Shown here piece after piece: positions 42,864 to 52,669 of a stretch of 64,000 nucleotides of DNA. The first letter of the stretch is position 1; every line of letters begins with the position of its first letter. The position numbers and the translations under genes were made by a program. Under the pieces are notes generated by a model. It was not told the origin of the DNA, made no database searches, and worked only from the letters and a program-made list of their open reading frames with translations. Source of the DNA: an uncultured Eggerthellaceae bacterium (GTDB lineage: Bacteria; Actinomycetota; Coriobacteriia; Coriobacteriales; Eggerthellaceae); NCBI GenBank assembly GCA_910580205.1, contig CAJTVP010000004.1, positions 1,519 to 65,518 on the forward strand, written 5' to 3'.

Positions 42864-45062
42864 ATGAAGGTCTTCCGCTATCTCGGAGAGCATAAGGCGG
42901 CTGTCGCGCTCACGGTCCTGCTCCTCATCGGATGCGTCGTCTGCGACTTGGCCATCCCCACGTACACCTCAGACATCGTGGATGTGGGCATCCAGCAGTC
43001 GGGCGTGGAGCACATCGCCACTGAAACCTTGTCCGACGCCACCCATGAGGCGGCCAGCTTGGTGATCCCCGCCGAAGATGAAGCGCTCTTCAAGGAGAGC
43101 TATGAGCAGGCGTCGGATGGCGCTTGGCATCTCACCGAAGCGGGCCGGCGTTCTTGGGCCGAGCTGGACGAGATGCTCACGGTCCCCTTGGTGATGATGT
43201 ACCCGAACGATCAGATGGCCGCGGAGAGCCCGGTCAGCCTTCCGCAGATGATGGAGGCCCTCAGGGAGGGATCCGTCAGCGAACAGGACGTGGAGCGCTA
43301 TGCCAAGGATGTCCGCCAGGGGCTTGAAAGCGCCAGCCCGGAGATGCTGAGCCAAATGGCCGTGGCGGCTGCGCTCAAAGAATACGCGGGCACGGGAGAT
43401 GACCTGTCCGCCCGCCAAATGGGCTATCTTCTGAAGACGGGCCTGTTCATGCTGGGTTTGGCGGCCGCCTCCATGGTGCTGAACATCCTGGTGGGTTTCG
43501 TGGCATCGCGCACTGGCACGCGCATCGGTCGCGATCTTCGGCGGCGTTTGTTCTCCAAAGTGGTCAGCTTCACCGAAGCGGAGGTGTCGCGCTTCTCCGC
43601 GGCCTCTCTCATCACGCGCGCCACCAATGACATCCAGCTGATCCAGAATGTCTCCATCATGCTGATGCGCATGGTCCTCTACGCGCCCATCGTCGCCGCG
43701 GGCGGCATCATCATGGTGCTCTATACCAACGCCTCTCTCGGCTACATCATCGTCTTCGCCATCCTCCTGGTGGCGGTCACGATCTTCATCCTGTTCAAAG
43801 TCACCGGCCCCAAGTTCAAGATCATGCAGTCCTTGATCGACCGTGTGAACCTCATCGCCCGCGAGATGCTCACAGGCATCCCCGTCATCCGCGCTTTCGG
43901 ACGGCAATCCTTCGAGCAAGAGCGCTTCGATGGGGCCTCGGCGAATCTGATGCGCACGCAGCTGTTCACGAACCGCGCCATGAGCTTCATGATGCCCGCC
44001 ATGATGCTGGTGATGAACCTCACCAGCGTGGCGATCGTGTGGTTCGGCGGCCACGCCATAGAGCAAGGGACTATCCAAACGGGCGACATGATCGCGTTCA
44101 TCACCTATTCCATGGTCATCATCATGGGCTTCCTCATGATCGGCATGGTGGCCATCATGCTCCCGCGGGCGGATGTGGCCGCGGGCCGCGTGAGCGAGGT
44201 CCTGTCCACTTGTCCGCTCGTGCAGGATCCGCCGAAAGCCCCAAGCGCTTCTGAGGCCAGCGAAGCGCCTTGCGGCGCAGCGTCCGACACCTGCGCGCCT
44301 TCTGGCCGCATCCAGTTCCAAGACGTGAGCTTCCGGTATCCAGGCAGCGACGCTTGCGCCCTTGAGCGCGTGAGCTTCACCGTGGAGCCGGGACAGACCG
44401 TGGCGCTCATCGGTCCGACGGGCTCTGGCAAATCGACCATCCTCAAGCTGATCGAGCGCTTCTACGACGCGACGGAGGGCGTCGTCCGCGTGGATGGATG
44501 CGACGTGCGCTCCGTGCCCCAAGAAGAGCTGCGAACGAAGTTGAGCTACGTCCCGCAAAAGGCGTTCCTCTTCTCCGGCACCGTTGACACGAACGTGGCC
44601 TATGCGGATGAATCCATGCCGCCCTCTGAGGTCAGCCACGCGCTCCGGATCGCCCAGGCAGAGCGCTTCGTCAGCGAGAAGCCCGAAGGCGTGAACGCTC
44701 CCATCGCCCAAGGCGGCGCCAACGTCTCCGGCGGCCAGCGCCAGCGCCTCTGCATCGCCCGCGCCCTTGCGAAGAGCGCGGCCATCTATCTTTTCGACGA
44801 TGCGTTCAGCGCTTTGGATTACAAGACGGATGCGAGCTTGCGCCAGGCTCTTGATTCAGAGCTTTCCAGCGCAACGAAGCTGATCGTGGCCCAGCGCATC
44901 TCCACCATACGCCACGCGGACAAGATCATCGTGCTCAAAGACGGCGCCATCGAGGGCGCGGGCACCCACGCTGAGCTCATGGAGGGCTGCGAAGAGTACC
45001 GGATGATCGCTTTGTCGCAGCTTTCCGAAGAGGAGCTGGCGGAGGGCGGTGAGGCCGCATGA
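42864..45062 (+). CDS. ABC exporter fused permease/ATPase, subunit 1 (degenerate catalytic site)
   Basis: MKVFRYLGEHK start at ATG 42864, six-TM domain, GPTGSGKST Walker A, VSGGQRQR signature. Walker B is IYLFDDAFSALD (Asp in place of the catalytic Glu). Confidence 0.85.
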   Translation: MKVFRYLGEHKAAVALTVLLLIGCVVCDLAIPTYTSDIVDVGIQQSGVEHIATETLSDATHEAASLVIPAEDEALFKESYEQASDGAWHLTEAGRRSWAELDEMLTVPLVMMYPNDQMAAESPVSLPQMMEALREGSVSEQDVERYAKDVRQGLESASPEMLSQMAVAAALKEYAGTGDDLSARQMGYLLKTGLFMLGLAAASMVLNILVGFVASRTGTRIGRDLRRRLFSKVVSFTEAEVSRFSAASLITRATNDIQLIQNVSIMLMRMVLYAPIVAAGGIIMVLYTNASLGYIIVFAILLVAVTIFILFKVTGPKFKIMQSLIDRVNLIAREMLTGIPVIRAFGRQSFEQERFDGASANLMRTQLFTNRAMSFMMPAMMLVMNLTSVAIVWFGGHAIEQGTIQTGDMIAFITYSMVIIMGFLMIGMVAIMLPRADVAAGRVSEVLSTCPLVQDPPKAPSASEASEAPCGAASDTCAPSGRIQFQDVSFRYPGSDACALERVSFTVEPGQTVALIGPTGSGKSTILKLIERFYDATEGVVRVDGCDVRSVPQEELRTKLSYVPQKAFLFSGTVDTNVAYADESMPPSEVSHALRIAQAERFVSEKPEGVNAPIAQGGANVSGGQRQRLCIARALAKSAAIYLFDDAFSALDYKTDASLRQALDSELSSATKLIVAQRISTIRHADKIIVLKDGAIEGAGTHAELMEGCEEYRMIALSQLSEEELAEGGEAA

Positions 45063-47050
45063 GGAAGCATGAGCCTCGCTCTCTCAAGATGGTCGCCTCT
45101 GAAGCCCCTGAGATCCAAGCGGCTGAGCTGGACCGCATGAGCGCTGAGGAGCGAGCTTCAGCGCGCGAGCGCATCCGCGTGAACGCCATGACCGCGCATG
45201 GCGCGAAGGCGAAAGGCCCTCGTCGCGGGCACCATGGGGGAGGCGGCCCTCGGATGCACGGCGGCGAGCAGGCACGGGATTTCAAGGGCACCATGGGCAA
45301 GATGCTCGCGTTCATGGGGCAGTTCAAGCTCCACCTGCTGCTCGTGGCGGCGTTCGCCATCGGGTCGTGCCTGTTCAGCATCGTCGGCCCCAAAGTGCTC
45401 TCCGAGGCCACGACGGCCCTTTTCGAAGGCATCATCGCTCAGATCGGCGGCACCGGCGGCATAGATTTCACGCTCATCGGCACCATCCTCCTGACCACCC
45501 TCGCGCTCTACCTCGCCTCTGCTGGCTGCGCGTGGGTGCAAAGCTGGACCATGTCCTACGTCTCCCAGCAGACCTGCTATCGCCTGCGCCGCGCCATCAT
45601 GGAGAAGGTGGACCGGATGCCCTTCGGCTATTTCGAGAAGACCGCCACCGGCGACACTCTCTCGCGCCTCACCAACGACGTGGACACGCTCGGCCAGAGC
45701 TTGAACCAAGGCGTCACGCAGCTCATCACCTCCAGCGTGACGGTGCTGGGCGTCATCTTCATGATGTTCTCGATCAACTGGCTGCTCGCCCTGATCACGC
45801 TCATCATGGTCCCGCTCTCCATCCTTCTGGTGGCGCTGGTCGTGCGCGCTTCCCAGCGCCATTTCTACGCGCAGCAAGCCCTTCTGGGCCAGGTGAACGC
45901 GCAGGTGGAAGAGACGTTCTCCGGCCATGGCGTCGTCCGGGCGTTCTCCCGCGAAGATGAGACGGTGCGCCTGTTCAACGAAGCCAATGACAGGCTCTAT
46001 GAAGCCGGATGGAAGTCGCAATTCCTCTCCGGGCTCATGAAGCCGGTGATGGATCTGGTGGGGAATCTGGGATACGTGGCCGTGGCGGTGACGGGATCGT
46101 TCTTGGCCGTGCAGGGCACCATCACCGTGGGCGATATCCAAGCGTTCATCCAGTACGTCAAGAACTTCACCCAGCCCATCACGCAGCTCGCCCAAGTGAG
46201 CAACGTGCTCCAACAGCTCGCTGCGGCGGCGGAGCGCATCTTCGCGTTCATCGACCAGCCGGAAAGCCCCGAAGAAGAGCCGACCCATCTGGCCGATGAC
46301 CTCCGTTGCGACGTCGCCTTCGACCACGTGACCTTCGGCTACGCGCCCGATGAGCCCATCATCAAAGACTTCACCGAACGGGTGGGCGCGGGCCAGACCG
46401 TCGCCATCGTGGGCCCGACGGGGGCGGGCAAGACCACGCTCGTGAAGCTGCTCATGCGCTTCTACTCGGTGGATGCGGGAACCATCAGGATCGGCGGCGT
46501 GGACCTGGAGGACATCAGCGTGGATGATTCGCGCAGGCTCTTCGCCATGGTGCTCCAGGATACATGGCTGTTCAGCGGCACGATCCGGGAGAACATCCGG
46601 TACGGCCGCATCGACGCGACGGATGAAGAGGTGGAGGAGGCGGCGCGTCTGGCGTGCGCCGATCATTTCATCCGAGCGCTTCCGGATGGCTACGGCTTCC
46701 GCATCAACGAAGACGCCACCAACGTGAGCGCTGGGCAAAAGCAGCTGATCACCATCGCCCGCGCCCTCATCGCGAACAGGCGGATGCTCATCTTGGATGA
46801 GGCCACCAGCTCGGTGGACACGCGCACTGAAGCGCGCATCCAGGAGGGGATGGACAACCTCATGGCCGGGCGCACGTCATTCGTGATCGCGCACCGGCTC
46901 TCCACCATCCAGAACGCCGACCTCATCATCGTGATGGATGGCGGCCGCATCGTGGAAACGGGAACCCATCAAGAGCTGCTTCGCGCTGATGGGCGCTACG
47001 CCGAACTGTATAATTCCCAATTCGAAGAAATGGACGGCTTGGAAGCCTGA
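45059..47050 (+). CDS. ABC exporter fused permease/ATPase, subunit 2 (consensus catalytic site)
   Basis: ATGA overlap with subunit 1. GPTGAGKTT Walker A and LILDEATSSVD Walker B. Signature weakened to VSAGQKQ. Confidence 0.85.
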   Translation: MRKHEPRSLKMVASEAPEIQAAELDRMSAEERASARERIRVNAMTAHGAKAKGPRRGHHGGGGPRMHGGEQARDFKGTMGKMLAFMGQFKLHLLLVAAFAIGSCLFSIVGPKVLSEATTALFEGIIAQIGGTGGIDFTLIGTILLTTLALYLASAGCAWVQSWTMSYVSQQTCYRLRRAIMEKVDRMPFGYFEKTATGDTLSRLTNDVDTLGQSLNQGVTQLITSSVTVLGVIFMMFSINWLLALITLIMVPLSILLVALVVRASQRHFYAQQALLGQVNAQVEETFSGHGVVRAFSREDETVRLFNEANDRLYEAGWKSQFLSGLMKPVMDLVGNLGYVAVAVTGSFLAVQGTITVGDIQAFIQYVKNFTQPITQLAQVSNVLQQLAAAAERIFAFIDQPESPEEEPTHLADDLRCDVAFDHVTFGYAPDEPIIKDFTERVGAGQTVAIVGPTGAGKTTLVKLLMRFYSVDAGTIRIGGVDLEDISVDDSRRLFAMVLQDTWLFSGTIRENIRYGRIDATDEEVEEAARLACADHFIRALPDGYGFRINEDATNVSAGQKQLITIARALIANRRMLILDEATSSVDTRTEARIQEGMDNLMAGRTSFVIAHRLSTIQNADLIIVMDGGRIVETGTHQELLRADGRYAELYNSQFEEMDGLEA

Positions 47051-47087
47051 GGGCATCCGACCAACCACCCACGAAAGCAGAGGTCGC

Positions 47088-47930
47088 ATGATGCACGAAG
47101 ATCAGGAACAGGCGCAGCTGGACACGGCATCCGACCGTCGCCCGGATGCGTTCGACTTCTGCCCGGCCGAAACTCCGTTGCCCACCGGGATCATCCGCAT
47201 CGCCCCGGAAGCCATCGCCTCTGAGCGCTTCATGGGCGATGCTTGCGCGCCCACGCCAGAGCGCCCCGTGCGCATCGCCGCTTTCGACTTCGACGGCACG
47301 TGCATCTCAGGCTCTTCACCGAAGAAGCTCGTGAACGAGCTCATGCGCCAAGGGAAGCTCTCCCTTTACAAGATATTGAGGATCGGCGTGTGGGGCCTGG
47401 CCTACAAGTTCAACCGTCCCCGCGATGACGAAGGCGTGCGCACGCGCGTGTTCTCTGCTTTCGCTGGGATGCCGGCGGAGCAGGTGAACGAGAAGCTCTG
47501 CGATTTCTACCAGCGCCGCATCGACCCTCTGTTCCGGCTGGACGCGGAGGCGTGCATGTTCGCGCACATGGAAGCAGGGCACGAGGTCATCGTGATCTCC
47601 GCCAGCTTCGAGCCCATCGTGGCCTCGGCCATGGTCGAACACCCCATCAAGATAGCCTTGGCCTCGCGCATGAAGATAGACGATCAGGGCCGCTACACCG
47701 ACCAGGTGGATGGCCTTCCCACTGAAGGTCCTGCGAAGCTGAAGGTGCTGCGGCAGTTCGCCGATCGCTATTACGGCGAAGGCGCGTGGGAGATCGGATG
47801 GGCCTACGGGGATCACTTCTCCGATCTGGAGCTTTTGAGCGCGGCGGAGAACCCGTGCGCGGTCACGCCCGATGGCAAGCTGGAAGAGGTGGCTGGGCAT
47901 CTGGGCTGGAAGGTCCTCGACTGGGAATGA
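47088..47930 (+). CDS. HAD-IB family hydrolase (SerB-like)
   Basis: AAFDFDGTCI DxDxT motif and cap-domain pattern. ATG 47088 follows GAAAGCAGAGG. Confidence 0.75.
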   Translation: MMHEDQEQAQLDTASDRRPDAFDFCPAETPLPTGIIRIAPEAIASERFMGDACAPTPERPVRIAAFDFDGTCISGSSPKKLVNELMRQGKLSLYKILRIGVWGLAYKFNRPRDDEGVRTRVFSAFAGMPAEQVNEKLCDFYQRRIDPLFRLDAEACMFAHMEAGHEVIVISASFEPIVASAMVEHPIKIALASRMKIDDQGRYTDQVDGLPTEGPAKLKVLRQFADRYYGEGAWEIGWAYGDHFSDLELLSAAENPCAVTPDGKLEEVAGHLGWKVLDWE

Positions 47931-48097
47931 CGGCGCGTTGGCAGGGGAACGCCGTCCCGCTTGAGCGGCTCTTGATGCCTCAAGATGCAGTTTTCGCAGA
48001 TTCTTGATGCGACAAACGCATGTTCGTATACAACGAACGCCCTCTACGGTAGAATACGCGAAAAAGCTACGCGCATCGCACGCATGAGAGGTTCGGA

Positions 48098-49654
48098 ATG
48101 GCTGAAGACAAGAGAAACGAAGACGCGCGCACGGGCGAAGAGCGCGCTGGCAAGGGAGCGGGGAGCGTCGCGGATTTCTTGGAACGCGCCCACACCGCCA
48201 GCGAATCAGGGGACAGCTTGCTTGGCATGTACCTCTATCTCGCCGCGTTCGAACGGTCGCTCAAGGATGGCGAAGTCCCCTCAGAAGATGCGCTCATCGG
48301 CATCAAGCAGGCCTGGTCGCAGGCTTGCGCCGTGAAAGAGCGTTCGCTCGCCGAATACATCTTCGAGAAGATGGAGCCGTATCTGTCCCACGATGAGCTC
48401 CAGATGTGCTCCCAAGCGCTTCAGGACATGGCGCTCGACAAGCTGGAAGAGTGCGGGCTGTCTCGCGAAGAGCTGGAGGAGATGGCCAAGATGATCTCCG
48501 AGGATCTGCTCTCCGGGGAGGATATCGGGATCAAGATAGAGAAGATCACCTCCCAGAAGATACCGGGCGGCACGGTGGGCATCGCGCAGATCGAAGGCAC
48601 CATCGAAGGAGCATCGTCTCTCTCCAACCTCATAGGCGCGCTGCCATCCCTCGCTCCTTCTGATGAAAAGGGGGATGGAGCCTCCGAAGAGCAAGATGGT
48701 CGGATAGCCCTCGCGCAGGAAGAAGAGCCGCTGACCTATCAGAACCTCGCCGGTTACGACGGAGCGAAGCAGGCCATGCGCACGCTGGGGATCGGCATGG
48801 CCGGAGATGAGGATTTCACCAGCTTGGTGGACCTGCTGAACGCGCGCCACGGCCTCTCCCAGATGCCGGCATTGGATTCCATCCTGTTCCGCTCTCCCGT
48901 CCGAGAAGACGCGAATCGCTTCGTCGTGGCGACGGTGGGGGAGCTCAACCTGCCTGCGGTGCACATGCGCATGGAGGAGAACATCCAGGGGCTGCCGGTG
49001 CTTTGCGTGAGCGCGCGGGCGGACATGATCCCGAAGCAGAACTCCATGCAGGACGTTTTCAAGAACGGCGGCATCCTCATCTTGGAGGATCTGGACCTGT
49101 GGACCTCTCCCGCCATGGATCTGGCCGAAGAGGGTCCGGCCTTCTTCATGATGCAGCTCACCCGCGGCGCGCGGGAGGCGGTGGAGCTCATCCGCTCTTC
49201 GGTGGAGAATCCAGATGTGTACGTGTTCGCCACCTCATCCACCGACGGCGCCATCGATCCGTTCTATCTGGACTCGCTCGAGCCCATCACGGTCATAGAC
49301 ATAGACTATCCCACTCCTGAAGAGCGCATCGAGCTTTGGATGGACATCTCGCGCAAGCACCCGTCTTTGCGCGGCATCAACAAAGCCGATCTGGTCCGCT
49401 TGTCAGCCAACATGCCCCGGTTCGACATCTACATGGCCGCGCGGGATGCGGTGGAGGAAGCCTACAAAGCCGGCCTGGCCACGAAAGCCTACGTTCCCGT
49501 CACCCGTGACAACCTCTTCGACAAGCTGGCGGCTTATCAGCCCCTTGAATCCGCTGAATACACGGAGCTGGAAGACGCCGTCCTGATGGATTTCCGGCGC
49601 GGATTGGACCGGCTGGATGATCTGCTCGGCGAAGAGCCAGGGAACGACCGCTAG
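48098..49654 (+). CDS. AAA+-like protein lacking Walker A (probable pseudo-ATPase) with helical N-terminal domain
   Basis: YQNLAGYDGAKQAM, then ILFRSPVREDANRFVVATVGEL where GPPGTGKT is expected. Walker B-like GILILEDLD. VFATSSTDGAIDPFYL replaces sensor-1 and the Arg-finger region. Confidence 0.6.
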   Translation: MAEDKRNEDARTGEERAGKGAGSVADFLERAHTASESGDSLLGMYLYLAAFERSLKDGEVPSEDALIGIKQAWSQACAVKERSLAEYIFEKMEPYLSHDELQMCSQALQDMALDKLEECGLSREELEEMAKMISEDLLSGEDIGIKIEKITSQKIPGGTVGIAQIEGTIEGASSLSNLIGALPSLAPSDEKGDGASEEQDGRIALAQEEEPLTYQNLAGYDGAKQAMRTLGIGMAGDEDFTSLVDLLNARHGLSQMPALDSILFRSPVREDANRFVVATVGELNLPAVHMRMEENIQGLPVLCVSARADMIPKQNSMQDVFKNGGILILEDLDLWTSPAMDLAEEGPAFFMMQLTRGAREAVELIRSSVENPDVYVFATSSTDGAIDPFYLDSLEPITVIDIDYPTPEERIELWMDISRKHPSLRGINKADLVRLSANMPRFDIYMAARDAVEEAYKAGLATKAYVPVTRDNLFDKLAAYQPLESAEYTELEDAVLMDFRRGLDRLDDLLGEEPGNDR

Positions 49655-49678
49655 GCAGCCGACGGACGCGCATCTCCC

Positions 49679-50248
49679 ATGGTCATCCTCGATATGCTCC
49701 TCGTGGGCGTGGGCCTTTCCATGGACGCCTTCGCCGCATCGCTTTGCCAGGGGCTCGCGACCAAGCGGATCCATTGGCGGAACGCCATCATCACCGCGTT
49801 CTCCTTCGGCCTGTTCCAAGCCGTCATGCCGCTCATCGGGTTCGCGCTGGGCGCGTCCTTCGCCCATCTCATAGAGCCGATCGATCACTGGGTGGCGTTC
49901 ATCCTGCTCGCATGCGTGGGCGGCAAGATGATCTGGGACGCGTTCCATTCGAGCTGTGATGTGACCTCTGCTTCGGAGGATGCGCCCTTGGATGTGAAGA
50001 AGCTCCTCGCGCTTTCAGTGGCCACCTCCATCGACGCGCTCGTCGTCGGCATCACGTTCGCCATGTCGGGCATGGACATCTGGTCGGCAGCGGCCGTCAT
50101 TGGGCTCACCACGTTCTGCTTGTCTTTGGCCGGCTACGCCATCGGGAACCATTTCGGAGCGCGCCATGAGCGCGCAGCCAGCATCGCAGGCGGCGTGGCG
50201 CTCATCCTTCTAGGCTGCAAGATCCTGTTCGAACATCTGCTCTCCTAG
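49679..50248 (+). CDS. mntP: Manganese efflux pump MntP
   Basis: Duplicated LSMDAFAASL / SIDALVVG motifs, six TM helices. Confidence 0.85.
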   Translation: MVILDMLLVGVGLSMDAFAASLCQGLATKRIHWRNAIITAFSFGLFQAVMPLIGFALGASFAHLIEPIDHWVAFILLACVGGKMIWDAFHSSCDVTSASEDAPLDVKKLLALSVATSIDALVVGITFAMSGMDIWSAAAVIGLTTFCLSLAGYAIGNHFGARHERAASIAGGVALILLGCKILFEHLLS

Positions 50249-50289
50249 CGCTGTGCGCGCGGATGGGAGAGCGCAGGCGCGAGCTGCGC

Positions 50290-51141
50290 TCAGAGGACGG
50301 GGTAGGACCCCAGCACCTTCACCTCGCGCAGTTTGAGGCGCAGGCAGGCGAGGGCCGTTTGAGCCGCCAGGTCAGTGTCCTTGCCTTGGAACTCGATGAA
50401 GAAGAAGTAATCGCCCATCTGCTGCTTCAAGGGCCGTGATTGCACCATGGTCAGGTTGATGCCGGCGTAGGCGAACTCGGAGAGGATCATGTTGAGGGTG
50501 CCGGCCCGATCGGTCTGCAGGAAGAGCGCGATGGTGGTCTTGTACAAGTCGCTCTCCAGCGCCGGAGCCGCGCCTTGGCGTCCGATGAGCGCGAAGGCGG
50601 TCTGGTTCCCCAGATTGTCCTCGATGGAGCTGGCGATCACTTCGCAGCCGTAGAGCTCGGCGGCCAGCGGGTTCGCGATGCCAGCGATGGTCGGGTCGGC
50701 AGCGGCCAGGCGAGCGCTCTCCGCGGTGGAAGCGGTGATCTGGGTGGTGCGCCCGGGCAGGCGCTCATTCAGATAGCGGCGGCACTGGGCTATCCCTTGA
50801 GGATGGGAGGCCACGGCGGTGATGTCAGCCATCTGGATGCCCGGCGCGCCCATGAGGCTGTGATGGATGTCGAAGACCTCCTCGGCCAGGATCACGGCGT
50901 TGGAGCGGAACGCGAAGTTGTCCAGCGTGGAGGTGACGGGGCCTTCCAAGGAGTTCTCCTTGGCCACCACGCCGTAGGTGACGCGCCCCCGGTCCACCGC
51001 GTCGAACACGTCATCGAAGGTGGCGCAGGGGAGCAGCTCCGCGTCTTCGCAGCCGAGCTTCTTCGCGAAGGAGAGCGCCGCCTCATGGGAATAGGTTCCC
51101 AGCGGACCCAGAAATGCGATGGATGGCGTGCTCGCGGACAT
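50290..51141 (-). CDS. pheA: Prephenate dehydratase (PDT + ACT domains)
   Basis: IAFLGPLGTYSHEAA N-terminus and ESRP-type ACT motif (VQSRPLK). Start ATG rc at 51139-51141. Confidence 0.85.
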   Translation of the reverse strand: MSASTPSIAFLGPLGTYSHEAALSFAKKLGCEDAELLPCATFDDVFDAVDRGRVTYGVVAKENSLEGPVTSTLDNFAFRSNAVILAEEVFDIHHSLMGAPGIQMADITAVASHPQGIAQCRRYLNERLPGRTTQITASTAESARLAAADPTIAGIANPLAAELYGCEVIASSIEDNLGNQTAFALIGRQGAAPALESDLYKTTIALFLQTDRAGTLNMILSEFAYAGINLTMVQSRPLKQQMGDYFFFIEFQGKDTDLAAQTALACLRLKLREVKVLGSYPVL

Positions 51142-51350
51142 GACGCTCCCTTTCTCTTCCCCTTCTCGGTCGGTACATGATACTCCATGGCGCACGCGAT
51201 ATTGTTACGCGCGCCATGCCACGTAACATTATGTCACCGCTTGCCATGACGGAACGGCTTTCTCCCTTTTCCCTCTTCCGATATTTTTCTGGAGATTGCA
51301 AAATGTCATCAGTTTGTAAAATTGCGAGAGCACCTGGAGGGGGTGTGCAC

Positions 51351-52655
51351 ATGGAAGATCTGGCCAAGACGACAGACGCGTTCTCCGTTCTTGAGTCACG
51401 CGGCGTCACCCGCCGCAGCTTCATGAAGCTCTGTGCAGGCATCGCAGCCACCGCTGGCTTGTCCCAGCTTGCGATCCCGCGCGTTGCTGAAGCGATCGAG
51501 AAGTCTGTCATCGGAGCCACATCAGGCGATCTTTATCCTGTCATCTGGATGGAGGGAGCGTCGTGCACGGGATGCACGGAATCGTTCGCTCAGATCGAGA
51601 CGCCCGATGTGGCCACCGTTGTTCTGGATGTGATCTCTCTGAATTACTCGGAGACGCTGTCTGCAGCGGCTGGTTGGTCAGTGGAAGAGGCGAAGGCCCA
51701 GACCATCGAAGCCGGCAACTACATCCTGATCTACGAGGGCGCGGTCCAGAAGGCGTGGGGCGGCAACGCTTTGCGCGTCGCGGGCGAAGTGGGAACGGAA
51801 GCTCTCATCCATGCGGCTGAGAGCGCGAACGCGGTCGTGGCTGTGGGCTCCTGCGCGGTCAACGGCGGTTGGTGCGCTGCTCATCCGAACCCGTCGAACG
51901 CGCTCGGCGTGCAGCAGTTCCTCAAAGAAGAGGGCGTCACGACGCCGGTCGTGAACATCCCCGGCTGCCCGGTGAACCCGGAATGGGTCATGTCGGTGCT
52001 GGTGGACGTGGTCATGCTGAACGATCCCAGCTTGGTGAAGCTGAACAGCTTCTCTGAGCCGGCGGCTCTGTTCAACCAGACCATCCATGACAACTGCGAG
52101 CGCCGCGGTCATTTCGAGAACGGCGAATTCGTCTATGAGTTCGGGAGCGAAGAGGAAGCCAAGGGCTACTGCCTCTATCCGCTCGGTTGCCGCGGGCCCC
52201 AGACCCACGCTCTTTGCGGCGTGACGCTCTGGAACAACCGCCGCTCCTGGTGCGTCCAGGCCGGCAGCCCCTGCATTGGCTGCTGCGAGGCCAACCCGAA
52301 CAATCCGGGGGACAACTGGGTGCAGGTGAACACGCCTTTCTACAACCGCTTCCGCGACCTGCGCATCGGCGACTGGAAGTTCCAGCCTGAGCCGGTCGCT
52401 TGGGCGCTCACGGGCATCGTCGCAGCCGCCCTGGTCATCCATGGCTTCGGCATGAAGAAGACCGGCCGCATGGATGGCGGCGCTGACTTCGAGCCCATCC
52501 GCAAGTGGGACAAGGAGCATCCCGATCAGTCCATCGGCGTCTACGCCGATCCTGTGAAGGGCGGACCTGTCCTGGATCCGGAGGTGTGCGAAGAGAACAC
52601 CGAGCACGCTCCGGCTCCGGCTGATGTCGTCGTTGACGAATACGAGAAAGAATAG
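51351..52655 (+). CDS. [NiFe] hydrogenase small subunit (Tat signal, C-terminal membrane anchor)
   Basis: TRRSFMK twin-arginine motif, CTGCTES proximal cluster motif, C-terminal TM helix. ATG 51351 follows GGAGGGGG. Confidence 0.9.
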   Translation: MEDLAKTTDAFSVLESRGVTRRSFMKLCAGIAATAGLSQLAIPRVAEAIEKSVIGATSGDLYPVIWMEGASCTGCTESFAQIETPDVATVVLDVISLNYSETLSAAAGWSVEEAKAQTIEAGNYILIYEGAVQKAWGGNALRVAGEVGTEALIHAAESANAVVAVGSCAVNGGWCAAHPNPSNALGVQQFLKEEGVTTPVVNIPGCPVNPEWVMSVLVDVVMLNDPSLVKLNSFSEPAALFNQTIHDNCERRGHFENGEFVYEFGSEEEAKGYCLYPLGCRGPQTHALCGVTLWNNRRSWCVQAGSPCIGCCEANPNNPGDNWVQVNTPFYNRFRDLRIGDWKFQPEPVAWALTGIVAAALVIHGFGMKKTGRMDGGADFEPIRKWDKEHPDQSIGVYADPVKGGPVLDPEVCEENTEHAPAPADVVVDEYEKE

Positions 52656-52669
52656 GAGGTGAGGCGTAG

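Noticed and set aside
49655-49678. Possible yybP-ykoY manganese riboswitch upstream of mntP
   Set aside because: The intergenic gap is only 24 nt, and the upstream sequence is the coding end of the AAA+-like gene. There is no room for the riboswitch.
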